Position numbers and translations under genes: made by a program
Assembly: GCA_963769215.1 (NCBI GenBank)
Contig: CAVYKX010000019.1
Coordinates: 93,314 to 157,313 of the forward strand
DNA length: 64,000 nucleotides
Direction of reading: 5' to 3'
Origin: Candidatus Sulfomarinibacteraceae bacterium
GTDB lineage: Bacteria > Acidobacteriota > Thermoanaerobaculia > Thermoanaerobaculales > Sulfomarinibacteraceae
The notes under the pieces: generated by a model
The model's input: only the letters and a program-made list of their open reading frames with translations
Told to the model about the DNA's origin: nothing
Databases searched by the model: none
Shown: piece by piece, positions 43,214 to 53,686 of the stretch
Layout of the letters: the number at the start of each line of letters is the position of its first letter
Numbering within the stretch: the first letter of the stretch is position 1

Positions 43214-44722
43214 GTGGCCTTTGTCGGCATATTCAACGATGTCATCGGGCCGGTGATGCGTGGTCCGTCGAGTTCGCACACGGCCGGCGCCCATCGGATC
43301 GGCTTGATGGTGCGCGATCTGATCGGGGGTGCGCCGGCGAGCGCCCGGGTGACCTTCGATCCGCTGGGTTCGATGGCGCCTACCTGGAAACCGCTCGGGG
43401 TGGATCTCGCTTTCACCGCGGGCCTCATGGGTTGGTCCATGCTGGACGAGCACTACCGCGCGACCCTGGAGAGGGCGACAGAAGCGGGGCTCACGGTCGA
43501 CTTTGTCGTCGCTCCCCTGGATCACACGGACCACCCCAACGGGATGTTGGTCGTGGCCGAGGATAGTGAAGGGCGGGTGCTGCAGGTTGTGGCCGAGGCG
43601 GTGGGAGGGGGTGGGCTTCGTCTCATCCGCCTGAACGACTGGACGGTCGAGATCGACGGCAAGGTCCACGTAGCGTTGGTCGAGGTTGGCTTGGAAGACG
43701 AGCCGGCCGTTGCCGACCTGTTGGTGGAATCGACACGACAGGAGGGCGAAGAAACCGTCCTCTTGACCGCATCCAGCGCGAGTTCCCTGAGTCTGGAATT
43801 CCCGGATGCACGAGGGGTGTGGACCGCCGCACCGGTCTTTTATGTTCAGAAGGGTGAGGCGCTCTTCGAAAGCGCCCAGGGAATGGTGGCTCTGGCCGAG
43901 GACCGCGATCTCACACTGGGCGAGACGGCCCTGATCTTCGAGGCCGAATTGCTGGGTATGACGGAAACCGAGACGATCAAGGAGATGCTGCACCGGTACG
44001 AGGTCATGGAGCAATCCGTGGCTGCCGGCCTCGATGACCGCCGATCGGACATGCTGCTGCTGCAACCCACCGCGTCAAGCGTGCTCGAGGCCGAGAGTGG
44101 CGGGCGGGTTGCCGTCGGTGGCATTCACACCCGCGCTGCCGCCCGGGCGATGGCGGTGATGCACCACTGCAACAGCCGGGGCGTGGTCTGTGCCGCGCCC
44201 ACCGGAGGCTCCGCAGGAGCGTTGCCCGGAGTTGTCGTCAGCCTGGTGGAGGGAAATGGCCTGTCGCACCGGCAGACCGCGCTCGCCCTCTTTGCGGCGT
44301 CGGCAATCGGGCTCATCGTCGCCAAGCGGGCCACTTTTGCAGCGGAAATTGCCGGCTGCCAGGTGGAGATCGGTGTGGCCGGGGCCATGGCTGCGGCGGC
44401 GGTGGTGGAGGCTGCCGGAGGGACTGCCCGGCAGGCGGCCGATGCCGCGGCCATTTCGCTTCAGAACACCATGGGCTCGCCCTGTGACCCGGTTGCCGGC
44501 ACCTGCGAGATCCCGTGCCACACCCGCAACGCGGTGGCCGCCTCCAGCGCTTTCACCTGTGCGGATCTCATCCTCGGCGGCTACGCCAACCCGATCCCGC
44601 TCGATGAGGCCATCGACGCCTCCTACGAGGTCGGCAAGACACTGCCCGGCGAGCTTCGTTGCACCGCCCGCGGAGGCTGTGCCGTCACGCCCTCGGCGCG
44701 TGCCCTTCCCAGGCTGCGATAG
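43214..44722 (+). CDS. sdaA: L-serine ammonia-lyase (iron-sulfur-dependent L-serine dehydratase), single-chain form
   Basis: Intact 502-aa ORF with IFNDVIGPVMRGPSSSHTAGAHRIG at the N-terminus and GSPCDPVAG.CEIPCHTRNA near the C-terminus. Confidence 0.8.
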   Translation: MAFVGIFNDVIGPVMRGPSSSHTAGAHRIGLMVRDLIGGAPASARVTFDPLGSMAPTWKPLGVDLAFTAGLMGWSMLDEHYRATLERATEAGLTVDFVVAPLDHTDHPNGMLVVAEDSEGRVLQVVAEAVGGGGLRLIRLNDWTVEIDGKVHVALVEVGLEDEPAVADLLVESTRQEGEETVLLTASSASSLSLEFPDARGVWTAAPVFYVQKGEALFESAQGMVALAEDRDLTLGETALIFEAELLGMTETETIKEMLHRYEVMEQSVAAGLDDRRSDMLLLQPTASSVLEAESGGRVAVGGIHTRAAARAMAVMHHCNSRGVVCAAPTGGSAGALPGVVVSLVEGNGLSHRQTALALFAASAIGLIVAKRATFAAEIAGCQVEIGVAGAMAAAAVVEAAGGTARQAADAAAISLQNTMGSPCDPVAGTCEIPCHTRNAVAASSAFTCADLILGGYANPIPLDEAIDASYEVGKTLPGELRCTARGGCAVTPSARALPRLR

Positions 44723-44837
44723 CGATCGAGGTGCATCCGGCGCTCCTGGTATTTCCTGGTTGGACCGTCGAGCACGAATCGGGGACTCGACCTTGCCACA
44801 ATGAGAACACGCATGACGCTCGTGAGTTGGAGGCAAA

Positions 44838-44909
44838 GTGGTTGCTGACGATCTGGGCTTTTTCCGAGTCGAAATCGAAATGGTGCTCGACGAAGGACCG
44901 GATGACTGA
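44838..44909 (+). pseudogene. Truncated paralogue (23 codons) of the small ORF at 60765
   Basis: [23 protein letters not shown] versus [24 protein letters not shown].... About 83 nt, including 30 nt of upstream leader with GGAGG, are about 88% identical (44808-44890 versus 60735-60817, hand alignment). Confidence 0.6.
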
Positions 44910-45069
44910 CATCCTCACGCCGTAGATTCGAGAGTCACGATTGACGTTCGTGTGTCGCCGCTTTGGGGATCTGTGCCTGTAGCGTGGAATATTCGGGTCG
45001 AGCGACGACCTTCCCATCGCGAATCATCGGAACTCCAGGCGCGGCCATCGAAGAGACAGGGACAGGAAC

Positions 45070-45567
45070 TTGAACTCAGGTCATGAGGGACAACGCACGG
45101 GCAGACAACCGCAGCGGCATAGGATGACGCTCGCTCAGTTCATTCGTCGGCGAAACGGTGTGCCTGCGGGAGCTTCCGGCTCGCTCCGGAACATGTTGCA
45201 GCGCTCTCTGGGGGCAGGTTCATTCGCCGGGTTCTGGCAGTACTGGAATCCTGTCTTCGGATACGGATTGGGGAGGTACGTGTACTCGCCGTTGAAGCGA
45301 GTGGTGCCGCCTGCGGTCGCACTGGTGATGACCTTTGTAGTCTGCGGCGCCCTTCATGATCTGGTGACGATTGCGATTCGAGGATCCGCGACATTTTTCT
45401 TCACGCCGTGGTTTTTCCTCTTGGCCGTCGGAGTGCTGCTCGGGCGGGCAGCAGGGATGGATCTTTCAGGCAGGCCGTGGCTGGTCCGAGCAGGCGTCAA
45501 TTTCAGCTATATCACGGTCTGCCTTGGCCTGACCCTCGTCGTGCGGCGAGTGTTCGCGATTCCGTAG
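45070..45567 (+). CDS. Small membrane protein resembling the C-terminal part of MBOAT_2-type O-acyltransferases (likely start at ATG 45124)
   Basis: FAGFWQYWNPVFGYGLGRYVYSPLKR...FVVCGALHDLV resembles the FW(R)RWN...Y.PL...H motif region of the family. Only about 150 aa are present, so it may be a fragment. Confidence 0.45.
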   Translation: MNSGHEGQRTGRQPQRHRMTLAQFIRRRNGVPAGASGSLRNMLQRSLGAGSFAGFWQYWNPVFGYGLGRYVYSPLKRVVPPAVALVMTFVVCGALHDLVTIAIRGSATFFFTPWFFLLAVGVLLGRAAGMDLSGRPWLVRAGVNFSYITVCLGLTLVVRRVFAIP

Positions 45568-45603
45568 GAAGAACACTCTCAAATTACAGGTGCCACCCTC
45601 GAG

Positions 45604-45813
45604 TCAGTCGTCAGGCAACCGCTCCATCGCCGAGCGCAACATTCGCTCCTTCCACCTGTCAATGGCCTCCTGGTATTTGCTCGCCGGTAGCTCTACGGTG
45701 CACGACCTGCACACGATGACGGCGGCGGCTCAGCGCCCCCGGAGATCGGCAGGTCCGCCGCACAGCGGGCACTCGAGCTCCGGCAGCGCTTCGGTTCGAT
45801 GCTCCGAACTCAA
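45604..45813 (-). CDS. Unlisted small zinc-ribbon protein (about 70 codons), one frame break near 45740
   Basis: GAGAGGAGG RBS then TTG at 45813. It reads (M)SSEHRTEALPELECPLCGGPADLRG, and after the shift IVCRSCTVELPASKYQEAIDRWKERMLRSAMERLPDD* with the stop at 45604-45606. The CPxC...CxxC pair is the main support. Confidence 0.35.
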
Positions 45814-45965
45814 GGCGAATCCTCCTCTCGCGATTCCATGTTACCCAATAGGCCGCCATGGAGTGCGCCTTTCGAGTTGCGCCACTTCGTTCGTGGAAAC
45901 GACGGCCACCTCTTCGGTGCCGCCTGATTGACTGCGATACCATTACCCTACTGGGTACCTGAACA

Positions 45966-48900
45966 ATGCGAGAATTGGTCGGTCGCTCCCTGGGCAACTA
46001 CCGCATCGTCGAGAAGATCGGCGAGGGCGGGATGGGGGAGGTCTACCGGGCTCGCGACGCGCGCCTCGATCGGGACGTGGCGATCAAGGTGCTGCCGGCA
46101 TCGGTGGCCCGGGACGCAGGGCGCATCGCGCGTTTCGAGCGCGAGGCCAGGGCGGTTGCCAGGCTTACCCACCCGAACATCCTACAGATCTTCGAATTTG
46201 GCGAGGACGAGGACGTGACCTACGCGGTCATGGAGATCCTCGAGGGCGAGACGCTGCAAGAGCGGATGGGGCGAGGTCGGCTGCAGTGGCGGGAGGTTGT
46301 GAAGTTCGGTGCCGCGATCGCCGAGGGCGTCGCGGCCGCTCATGGCGAGGGAATCATCCACCGCGACCTCAAGCCGGGGAACGTCTTCCTCACAGCCGAT
46401 GGCCGGGTCAAGGTGCTGGACTTCGGGCTCGCGAAGATCGACGAGGGACCGATCGAGGAGCTGGAGACCATGACCTCACCGCCTCCCGAGACGGCAGTCG
46501 GCACGATGCTCGGCACCGTCGAATACATGGCGCCGGAGCAGGTGCGGGGCGAGAAGCTCGATGAGCGCGCAGATCTCTTTTCCCTGGGGGTCGTGCTCTA
46601 CGAGATGGCAACCGGCAAGCGTCCGTTCGAGGGAGCGACATCGGGGGCCATCCTCGGATCGATCCTCAGCCGGGAGCCGGCGGCCGCCTCGTCGATCAAC
46701 CCTGACCTGCCGGGGGAGCTGGGACGGATCATCGACCGGCTGCTTCAGAAGGAGCGGAGCTCGCGTTACCAGACGGCCAAAGAGCTGTTGGATGAGCTGA
46801 GGCGTGTCGAACGGGATTCAGAGCCTCGACAGGCGGTCGAGACTCCCGTGGCCACTTCCCTGTCCGGCGGTCGGTTCAGTTTTCTGCAGCTCGCGGCTGC
46901 GGCCGCCGTTATCGCTGTGATCGCGCTCAGCCTCTGGCTCACCCTGGGCCGCGAGGGCGTCATGCGCGCCGGCGCCGCGGGGGGTGCTCAAAATGTCATC
47001 GCGGTCATGCCCTTCACCGTGCGCGGCGGCGACGAGGTCGCCTACCTCGGCTCCGGCATGGTCGATTTGCTGAGCGTGAAGCTCGACGGGGCGGGGAGCT
47101 TCACCACCGTCGACCCACACGCAGTCATTCGGGTCGTGGGCTCCGAGGCCGGCGTGATCGATCCCGGCCGGGCCGCAAGCCTGTGCGCCGATCTCGGTGC
47201 CGGGTTGTTCGTGCTCGGCAGCATCGTCGAGGCCGGTGGCCAGCTCCAGGTGTCGGCCTCGCTCTACGGTTCGGACGAGGGTGTCGAAGCCGTTTCCCAG
47301 GGCTCGGCTGAGGGCGCGGTGGACGAGGTCTTCGCCCTGGTCGACGCGGTCGCGGCGCAGCTCCTGGTCGGGCTGAGCGGCGGGCCGGAGGCGCGGGTGC
47401 ACCGCGTGGCCGGCGTCACGACCGAGTCGCTGCCGGCCCTCAAAGCCTACCTGGAAGGAGAGGAGGCCTATCGCGGCGGAGAGTACGCGGCCTCCCTCGA
47501 ACACTTCGAACGCGCGGTCGCCATCGACCCCGAGTTCGCTTTGGCCTACTACCGCATCAGCACCGCCGCCGAGTGGGCCTGGGACGAGAGGCAGATTTAT
47601 GCCGCGGCAGAGCGGGCGGTCGAGCTGGCGGACCGCCTGCCGGAACGAGAGCGCAGGCTGGTAGAGGTCCTGGGAGTGCGCCGGCGGGAGGCGAACGAGG
47701 ATGCAGAGTCCGTTCTCCGCTCGTTCCTCGGGGTCTACCCGAACGACCTCGAGGCCTGGGTGAATCTCGGCGAGCTCGTCAACCACACTCGTCCCATGCA
47801 CGGGCGCTCTTTCCTGGAGGCGCGCGAGGTGTGGGAGCGGGTCCTGAGCATCGACGAGGCCCACACGGGCGCCCTGCTGCACGTCATGCGGATGGACGCG
47901 TTCGAGGGCAAGCTGGAGAGCATGGACACCGGGCTGCGCCGCTTCCACGAGCTGTACCCGAAGGCGGATCGCAGCATCGAGATGGACATCCTTTCGCTGG
48001 CGACGCACGGAAATCCTGAGAGCGAAGCGAAGGCGCTGGAACTTCTGGCCAACGCCTCAGACGTCGATTTGTTGATGGGTGTGTGGAACGCGGCGGTCTA
48101 TGCGCAGCAACTACGATCTCTCCATCAAGCTCTGCGAGATGATGGTCGGCCCCGACCACTCGGTGGCCGTGCGACGGACCGCCTACTCATGGCTCGCGAG
48201 CCTCCAGTATGCGAAGGGGCGATTGGGAGCCATGCGGCAGGCACTGGATTCGCTGGCAGAGGTGGACGCCCTCGCCGGGGCGGAGTACCGCCCGGTGTTC
48301 CTGGGGCTGCCATTCGTGCAGGCCTCCGCCTCGGAGCTGGACTCGGCCTACGCGGATCTGGAGGGACAGCTCATTCCGGAGCCGAAGGAAGGGCCGCAGC
48401 TGATCATAGCTGCCCACGACAACCTGCACCCGCTTCTGCAGGAGTTCGGCTTGGGCAGGCTCGCAGTGTTGCGAGGTGAAAATGAGGTCGTGCGCACGCA
48501 AGCAGAGTTGCTCGCAGCCATGCGGCCCGAGGCCGACCACGAGGGCCTCGCCCAGGATCTCGCTATCGCCTTGCGCGGCTACCTGGCCCTCGCTGCAGAG
48601 CAATCGGAGGCTGCCCTGGAGTACTTCGAGGCCATGAAGATGAGCGCCTGGCACGGCCAGTCGTTGTTCTCTCCCTTTTATGCCCGGACCGCCGAGCGAT
48701 TTGCCCGGGCTGAGGCATTGGAGCTCAGTGGGCGCGGCGACGAGGCGCTCAACTGGTACGAACACCTGGCGGAGAACTCGCCCTTCGAGGTGGCCTACGT
48801 CCCACCCTCGTTGGTTCGTCGGGCCGAGATTCACGCCGAGCGTGGCGAGAACGAACTCGCCATCGATCTCTACCGCGACTTCATCCGGTTATGGGGGGAA

Positions 48901-49011
48901 GGTGACCAGGAGCTTCGCCCGGTTGTCGACCGGGCGCTTTCACGTGTCGAAGAGCTCCAGCCGGAGGGTGCCACCTCGCGCGGCCATCGAACGCCATCGG
49001 TGATGCGTTAA
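45966..49011 (+). CDS. Ser/Thr protein kinase with TM segment and TPR-rich C-terminal region (STK2); frame break near 48100
   Basis: ORF 45966..48479 has GEGGMGEVY, VAIKVL, HRDLKPGNVF, DFGLA and EYMAPEQ, a TM segment (LAAAAAVIAVIALSLWLTL) and TPR-like repeats. The tail continues in ORF 48079..49011. Confidence 0.9.
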
Positions 49012-49077
49012 AGTGGGAGTGTCGTTCCCGAAAACCGTCGAGCATTCGACCTGCGCTCATTTTGAGGGAGGCGTGCA

Positions 49078-49769
49078 ATGTCCATCTTGTCGAAGATCTT
49101 CTGGACGATTGTCTATCTCGCGGTCCTGGCCGGCCTTCTCTACCTGATCTACCTCGCCTTCACCGAGCTGTCCTCGTTCTCGGGAATCGTTGTCATCATT
49201 GTCCTCTTTGTCCCCATTGCGATCGTGTTGCTGAAGATCGTGGCCCCCTTTCTGCCGGAGCCGCCCGAAGAGGACGACGATGCTACGATGACTACGATGA
49301 CAACGATGAGATAACCCAGGAAGATCTCCTCGGGAGTTTCGAGGCAGCCAGATATCGGACGTGGGAGAAGGTCGAGGCGGTCCTGGCTGAGCACCAGGAC
49401 GAGTTGGCCGATCGACCTCCCGGAGAACGCCGCATGGAGCTGTTGCTGCTCTGGCGGCAGGCGATCGACGAACGCGCCCACGCCTATTCCGATCTGGTGG
49501 CGGGTCACGGGAGCGCCGAGCAGGTGGCCGCGTTTCACGCCGAGGCGATCATGCTCGCGTGGTCCCTGGGGTACGCGGCGGAGCGCGGCTGGATCGAGGA
49601 AGGCGAAGTGCGGCTCAACGTCAGCACCCTGGGCCGTTCCCTGCGCGATCAGGTGCGCGAGCTCGGTCTCGAGATCGAACACCTCGGCCTGGACATGCCC
49701 CTGATAGTCGACGAGACCCTGGCGGACATCGCCGCTCTCGGACGAGAGGATGGCGGCTCCGGCGTCTGA
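49078..49769 (+). CDS. Hypothetical membrane protein (2 TM + acidic linker + about 150-aa soluble domain); frame break near 49280
   Basis: ORF 49078..49314 (2 TM, ...PEPPEEDDD) continues as DYDDYDDNDEITQEDLLGSFEAARYRTWEK... in the frame of ORF 49062..49769. No recognisable family. Confidence 0.45.
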
Positions 49770-49889
49770 GCACTGTGTGCACAAAAACCGGTCTTCGCTC
49801 TTGCTCCAACGAATTGAGATAACGTCCTAATCACAAGACATCACATCCTGTACAATCACTCGCAAATATCAGATCGGAGGCCCCGGGAG

Positions 49890-50624
49890 ATGGCGCTCAC
49901 CTGCGGCAATTGTGGGCATCGAAACCGGACGGAAACCCGTTTCTGTACCAAATGCGGAACGGAGATCGAAAAACCGGCCACCCCTCAAACTCCCACCTGT
50001 ACCGACTGCGGTGCCGAGATCCCGGAGGGCAAGAGGTTCTGCACGAAGTGCGGCGCCGGTCGGATTCTCGAGGCCGGGCCGCTCCCGATCCAGACGCTGG
50101 TCTGCGGCTCGTGCGGAAAGGAACTCGCCGCGGATGCGCAGTTCTGTAGCTCGTGCGGCGCGCCGCGGTCGGATGCCAGGACCGCGGTGAAACCACCGCC
50201 GCCGGCAACGCCAAAGCCGGCTCCACGCCCTCAAAAAAAGGAACCGCCCGTCCGGCCCAAACCGTCACCACCGCCCAAGGCGACGGTCGCTCCTCAGGCA
50301 GCGGCTCCAGCGGTGCCTACCGCCCCCGGCGCACATCGCCACAGCCCGGTGGTGGCCCTGGTGTCGGGTTTCCTCGTTCCCGGCGCCGGTCAGGCCTACA
50401 ACGGGTTCCCGTTTCGCGCCTTCTTCCTCCTCATCTTCAGCCCACTCCTGGTGCCGTGGATCTACGGTGTCGTTGATGCCCATCTCTCGGCCAAGAAGAT
50501 CGTCGCTGCAGGTGGCAGGGTTGGCCCCGGCGGATGGCCGTGGATCGGTCTCCAGATGTGGCTCGCCGTCGATTTCGTGCTCTTCCTGCTCATCGTGCTG
50601 ACCATGCGCGGGACGCTGTCGTGA
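49890..50624 (+). CDS. Triple zinc-ribbon, proline-rich, C-terminally membrane-embedded protein
   Basis: Intact 244-aa ORF with three CxxC...CxxC ribbons (CGNCGH..CTKCG, CTDCGA..CTKCG, CGSCGK..CSSCG), a PPPPATPKPAPRP linker and TM segments carrying a GAGQAYNG motif. Confidence 0.6.
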   Translation: MALTCGNCGHRNRTETRFCTKCGTEIEKPATPQTPTCTDCGAEIPEGKRFCTKCGAGRILEAGPLPIQTLVCGSCGKELAADAQFCSSCGAPRSDARTAVKPPPPATPKPAPRPQKKEPPVRPKPSPPPKATVAPQAAAPAVPTAPGAHRHSPVVALVSGFLVPGAGQAYNGFPFRAFFLLIFSPLLVPWIYGVVDAHLSAKKIVAAGGRVGPGGWPWIGLQMWLAVDFVLFLLIVLTMRGTLS

Positions 50625-53620
50625 CCGCCCCGGCGCCCAGGTCGTCGAACCTCGGCTGCCTCGGCTGCTTCTCAATCATCTGCCTGACCTTCGTCCTGCT
50701 GGCGGAGATCGTCGTGGTCGGATTGCTGAATCCGAAGTGGTTCGACCGGATGGCGTTCTGGCGCGGGCCGCGGTACGAGCCGCATATCAAGCTCGTCGAC
50801 GACCCGGAGGCGTGGGCGCGGTTGGAGGCCGAGACGTCCTCGACCAGAGAAGATCCTCTGCCTCCAGCATTGAATGAACCAGTCTCGTTCAGCTTCGGCC
50901 GGATCGCGACCGATTACGATCCCGCTCGCGGTGCGGAGCTGGCCTACTCGGAACGCGCCGCACTTCAGCGTTCCGCCCGGCGCCATCGGCGGCGCGACCG
51001 AGATCTCCATGACGCCGATGCTCAGGGTGCCGGACGAGATGGCGGCTCCCTTTGTCGGTCCGATCGTCGATCTCCGCATCGGCGACCACCAGCACTTCAT
51101 CTTTCGAAGACCGGTCACGCTGACCCTGCCCTACGAAGATGCGGGCGACGGGAATCAACCCTCCATCGGTGTCTGGGAGAACGGCCGTTGGACGGCTCTT
51201 CCTTCAAAGGTCGACCGTGATCAGAAGACCGTAACTGCGGAGCTTCCGCACGCGAGCTACATCGCGCCAATCGCCTATGGACAAACGGTGAACCTGGCCG
51301 CGCGCATCGGTATTGGCGCTGTTGCGGGAACCGCTGTGGGAACCGCGGTCGCCATCATGTTGCCCGTCATAGCCGAACAGTTGCGGGTCGAGCGCAGGCG
51401 GTGGCAATTCGTTGGGCCTTCTGTTGATGAGTATGAAACCCCACGGGGGAACTTCAAGTCCGTATGTCTCGACCACCGGCAAGGATGCGGTTCCGGATGA
51501 TGACGCGTTTCGCTCGGCCAGCATCTTCAACGAACGGACCTCCGGACGGCTACCCGCTCTACGTCAGATACCTCGGGAAACAGCTCGAGGACTGCCGACC
51601 GAGTTCAACCGGATGGGTCTCGAAGTTCCGGTGGCCAGGCTCATCCGGTACGACATCTTCGTTCAAGATTTGAAAGGCCCGCCGGGTCTGGCGCGGCTCG
51701 GTGGCCCCTTGTTTTTCTCATCCAAGCTGCTCACGCTCAATGGCGCGGACAAAAGGCTCGCGGATCAGACGGTCCGATTTATCGTGGCCAAAGATCTGAC
51801 CTATGTCGCGTTGGACGAGCATTTCAACAGGTGGACCTTAGGCCCTTCGATGTGGTTTACCGAACTTGTCTCCACACTACATCAGCTTTTCCACTACTGG
51901 GAAGATCAAGGGCAACCGATCCACGACCTGTTCGGGGTATACATCAAGGGGAGGCTGCGGTTCTTATTGCTGCGTCCGATGGACGGAGGCCGTGTGCCCT
52001 GGTACGGGTACTCGCTGTTTCCGCGGTGGATCGACCGGACGTTCTGGCCGCGGAGCGGGTCCATGCCTCCTGACCTCATGTGAAAGTTGGCTCGGAAAAT
52101 CTGTCGAGCTCAAAGACCTCGACTCGGCGATCAAGGCGACCCTGAAGTCTCCAAACACGGGTCTGGCCGATGTGTTCACCCCGTTTCTCGCTGGATTTCT
52201 ATCACAACGACCTGTGGGGAGGAGATCGGAAGTCTGAGTCCCTGACGACGGCAATGTTCCCGCGGTGGAATAGGCATGCCGCAGCCGAGGCGTTGTCGTT
52301 GACCCCGCACAAATTCTTGCGAGTCACGTACCCCTCACCCGTCGATTACCGCAATCTGGTCAATCTCTGGGAATCACACGAATTCGGGGACAAGGTCAGA
52401 AACGGGCGTCGCTACCTCCCCCATCTCTCGGCCGAGGCCGCGTATATGCGTGTGGGGCGCTTCCCCTCGACTCAGAAAGCGAAGCTCGTCGTTCGGTACG
52501 CAACACACCGAGCTGCCGTCGCCGGACCTGGCGGTGTATTTTGCCGAGGGTCAGTGCGTTGGCGTCCCGCCTTATTCCGGCTCCCATCGCGAGGCCTGGG
52601 CGGGGTTTCCTTGAAGGCCGGCGAGCTCCCGATGTTTATCGTCGACCGCGTGGCCAGGAGGATCGACCGAACTGCGCGACGGTCATCGCGGTCAATCGCT
52701 CGCTCGACACATCCGTCAGGGACCGGGCGTCGAGCGCTGGCTGCTGCTTCCCCCGGAGGATGTCACATTCTGGCGAGAGGGAGAAAACCACTGGCAGGTC
52801 AAGTGGAAGGAGGCCGCCCTCAAGAAGAAAAAGGAAATCTGGGGCGAATACCAGGTGTGGCGAAAAAAGGTCGGGGAGCCGGATGGACGCCGCTGGGTCG
52901 ATCGAACACCGAACGAATACTACTCCTGGGGCGCAGGGCGGGCTGAACCCCGACGACTATGTCTTCACGGTCAGCGTCATCGACGCCTTGGGCAACGAAA
53001 GCCACCCGGCTCCCGTTCCCGACCGGGATCCGTTCGTCGGTAGCTGGTCCGGTTTCATCCGCGAGGAGCACGGCCTGTACATCACCGAGAGCACCGGCGT
53101 GATCGACACGATCTATCGCCAGAAGATGGAGGAGGCGCGGGCCAAGATCCAGCGGATGCCGGTGGGCACGATGCAACAGCACAAGTGAGCAACGAGGAGG
53201 AAAGCCTGAAATTCGTGCAGGGTCTCCTCGGTGAGCTGGTGGGCGTGTTGAAGCAGGCGGCTCCGGTAGCTTCGACGGTTGTCCGCAAGCCGGGGGTGCC
53301 GGTTGCGCTCAACATCAGGCGTTTCGAAGGGGACTACTCCCTGACCGTGAAAAGCGTGGCGGGAATGCCGGTTTCTGATACAACTCGTGGACATCCCGCT
53401 CGAGCCCGATGGTTTTCTCAGGCTCAAGATGCCCTCGGGTTCGAAGCTGCTGTCGGGAGCACCACTACTCTCACCGCGCGACAGCTTCATCGAGTCGCCC
53501 GGTGATCTCAACCGAAAGTACGTCGATCCGGAGACCGGAACCGTGTACGACTTCACCTTCAGCTGGACATTCGGTCGCGAGGGTGAATCACAAATCTCCA
53601 GTCTGCTCAAGGGAATCTTA
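50621..53620 (+). pseudogene. Paralogue A of an about 1000-aa N-terminally membrane-anchored protein; HExxH position reads KDLTY; about 10 frame breaks; 3' end uncertain
   Basis: The GTG at 50621 overlaps the upstream stop (GTGA). The sequence is traced through ORFs 50534, 50874, 51412, 51866, 52170, 52541/52855, 53185 and 53387. It aligns colinearly with paralogue B (for example NFK.RYVSTTGKDAVP versus HFRIHYTDTGGNAVP, and FYHNDLWGGD versus FHFDLWRGE). Confidence 0.5.
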
Positions 53621-53686
53621 AATGAGATCAACCTCGAATTCGGGTTCGTTCTTTTCTTCGGGGCGAGTCGTCATGACGCTTCTCCC

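Noticed and set aside
49062-49769. 235-aa ORF 49062-49769 as an independent gene
   Set aside because: Its first about 75 codons overlap the convincing 2-TM ORF 49078-49314 in another frame and look like shadow sequence. It is better explained as the C-terminal part of that gene after a frame break.
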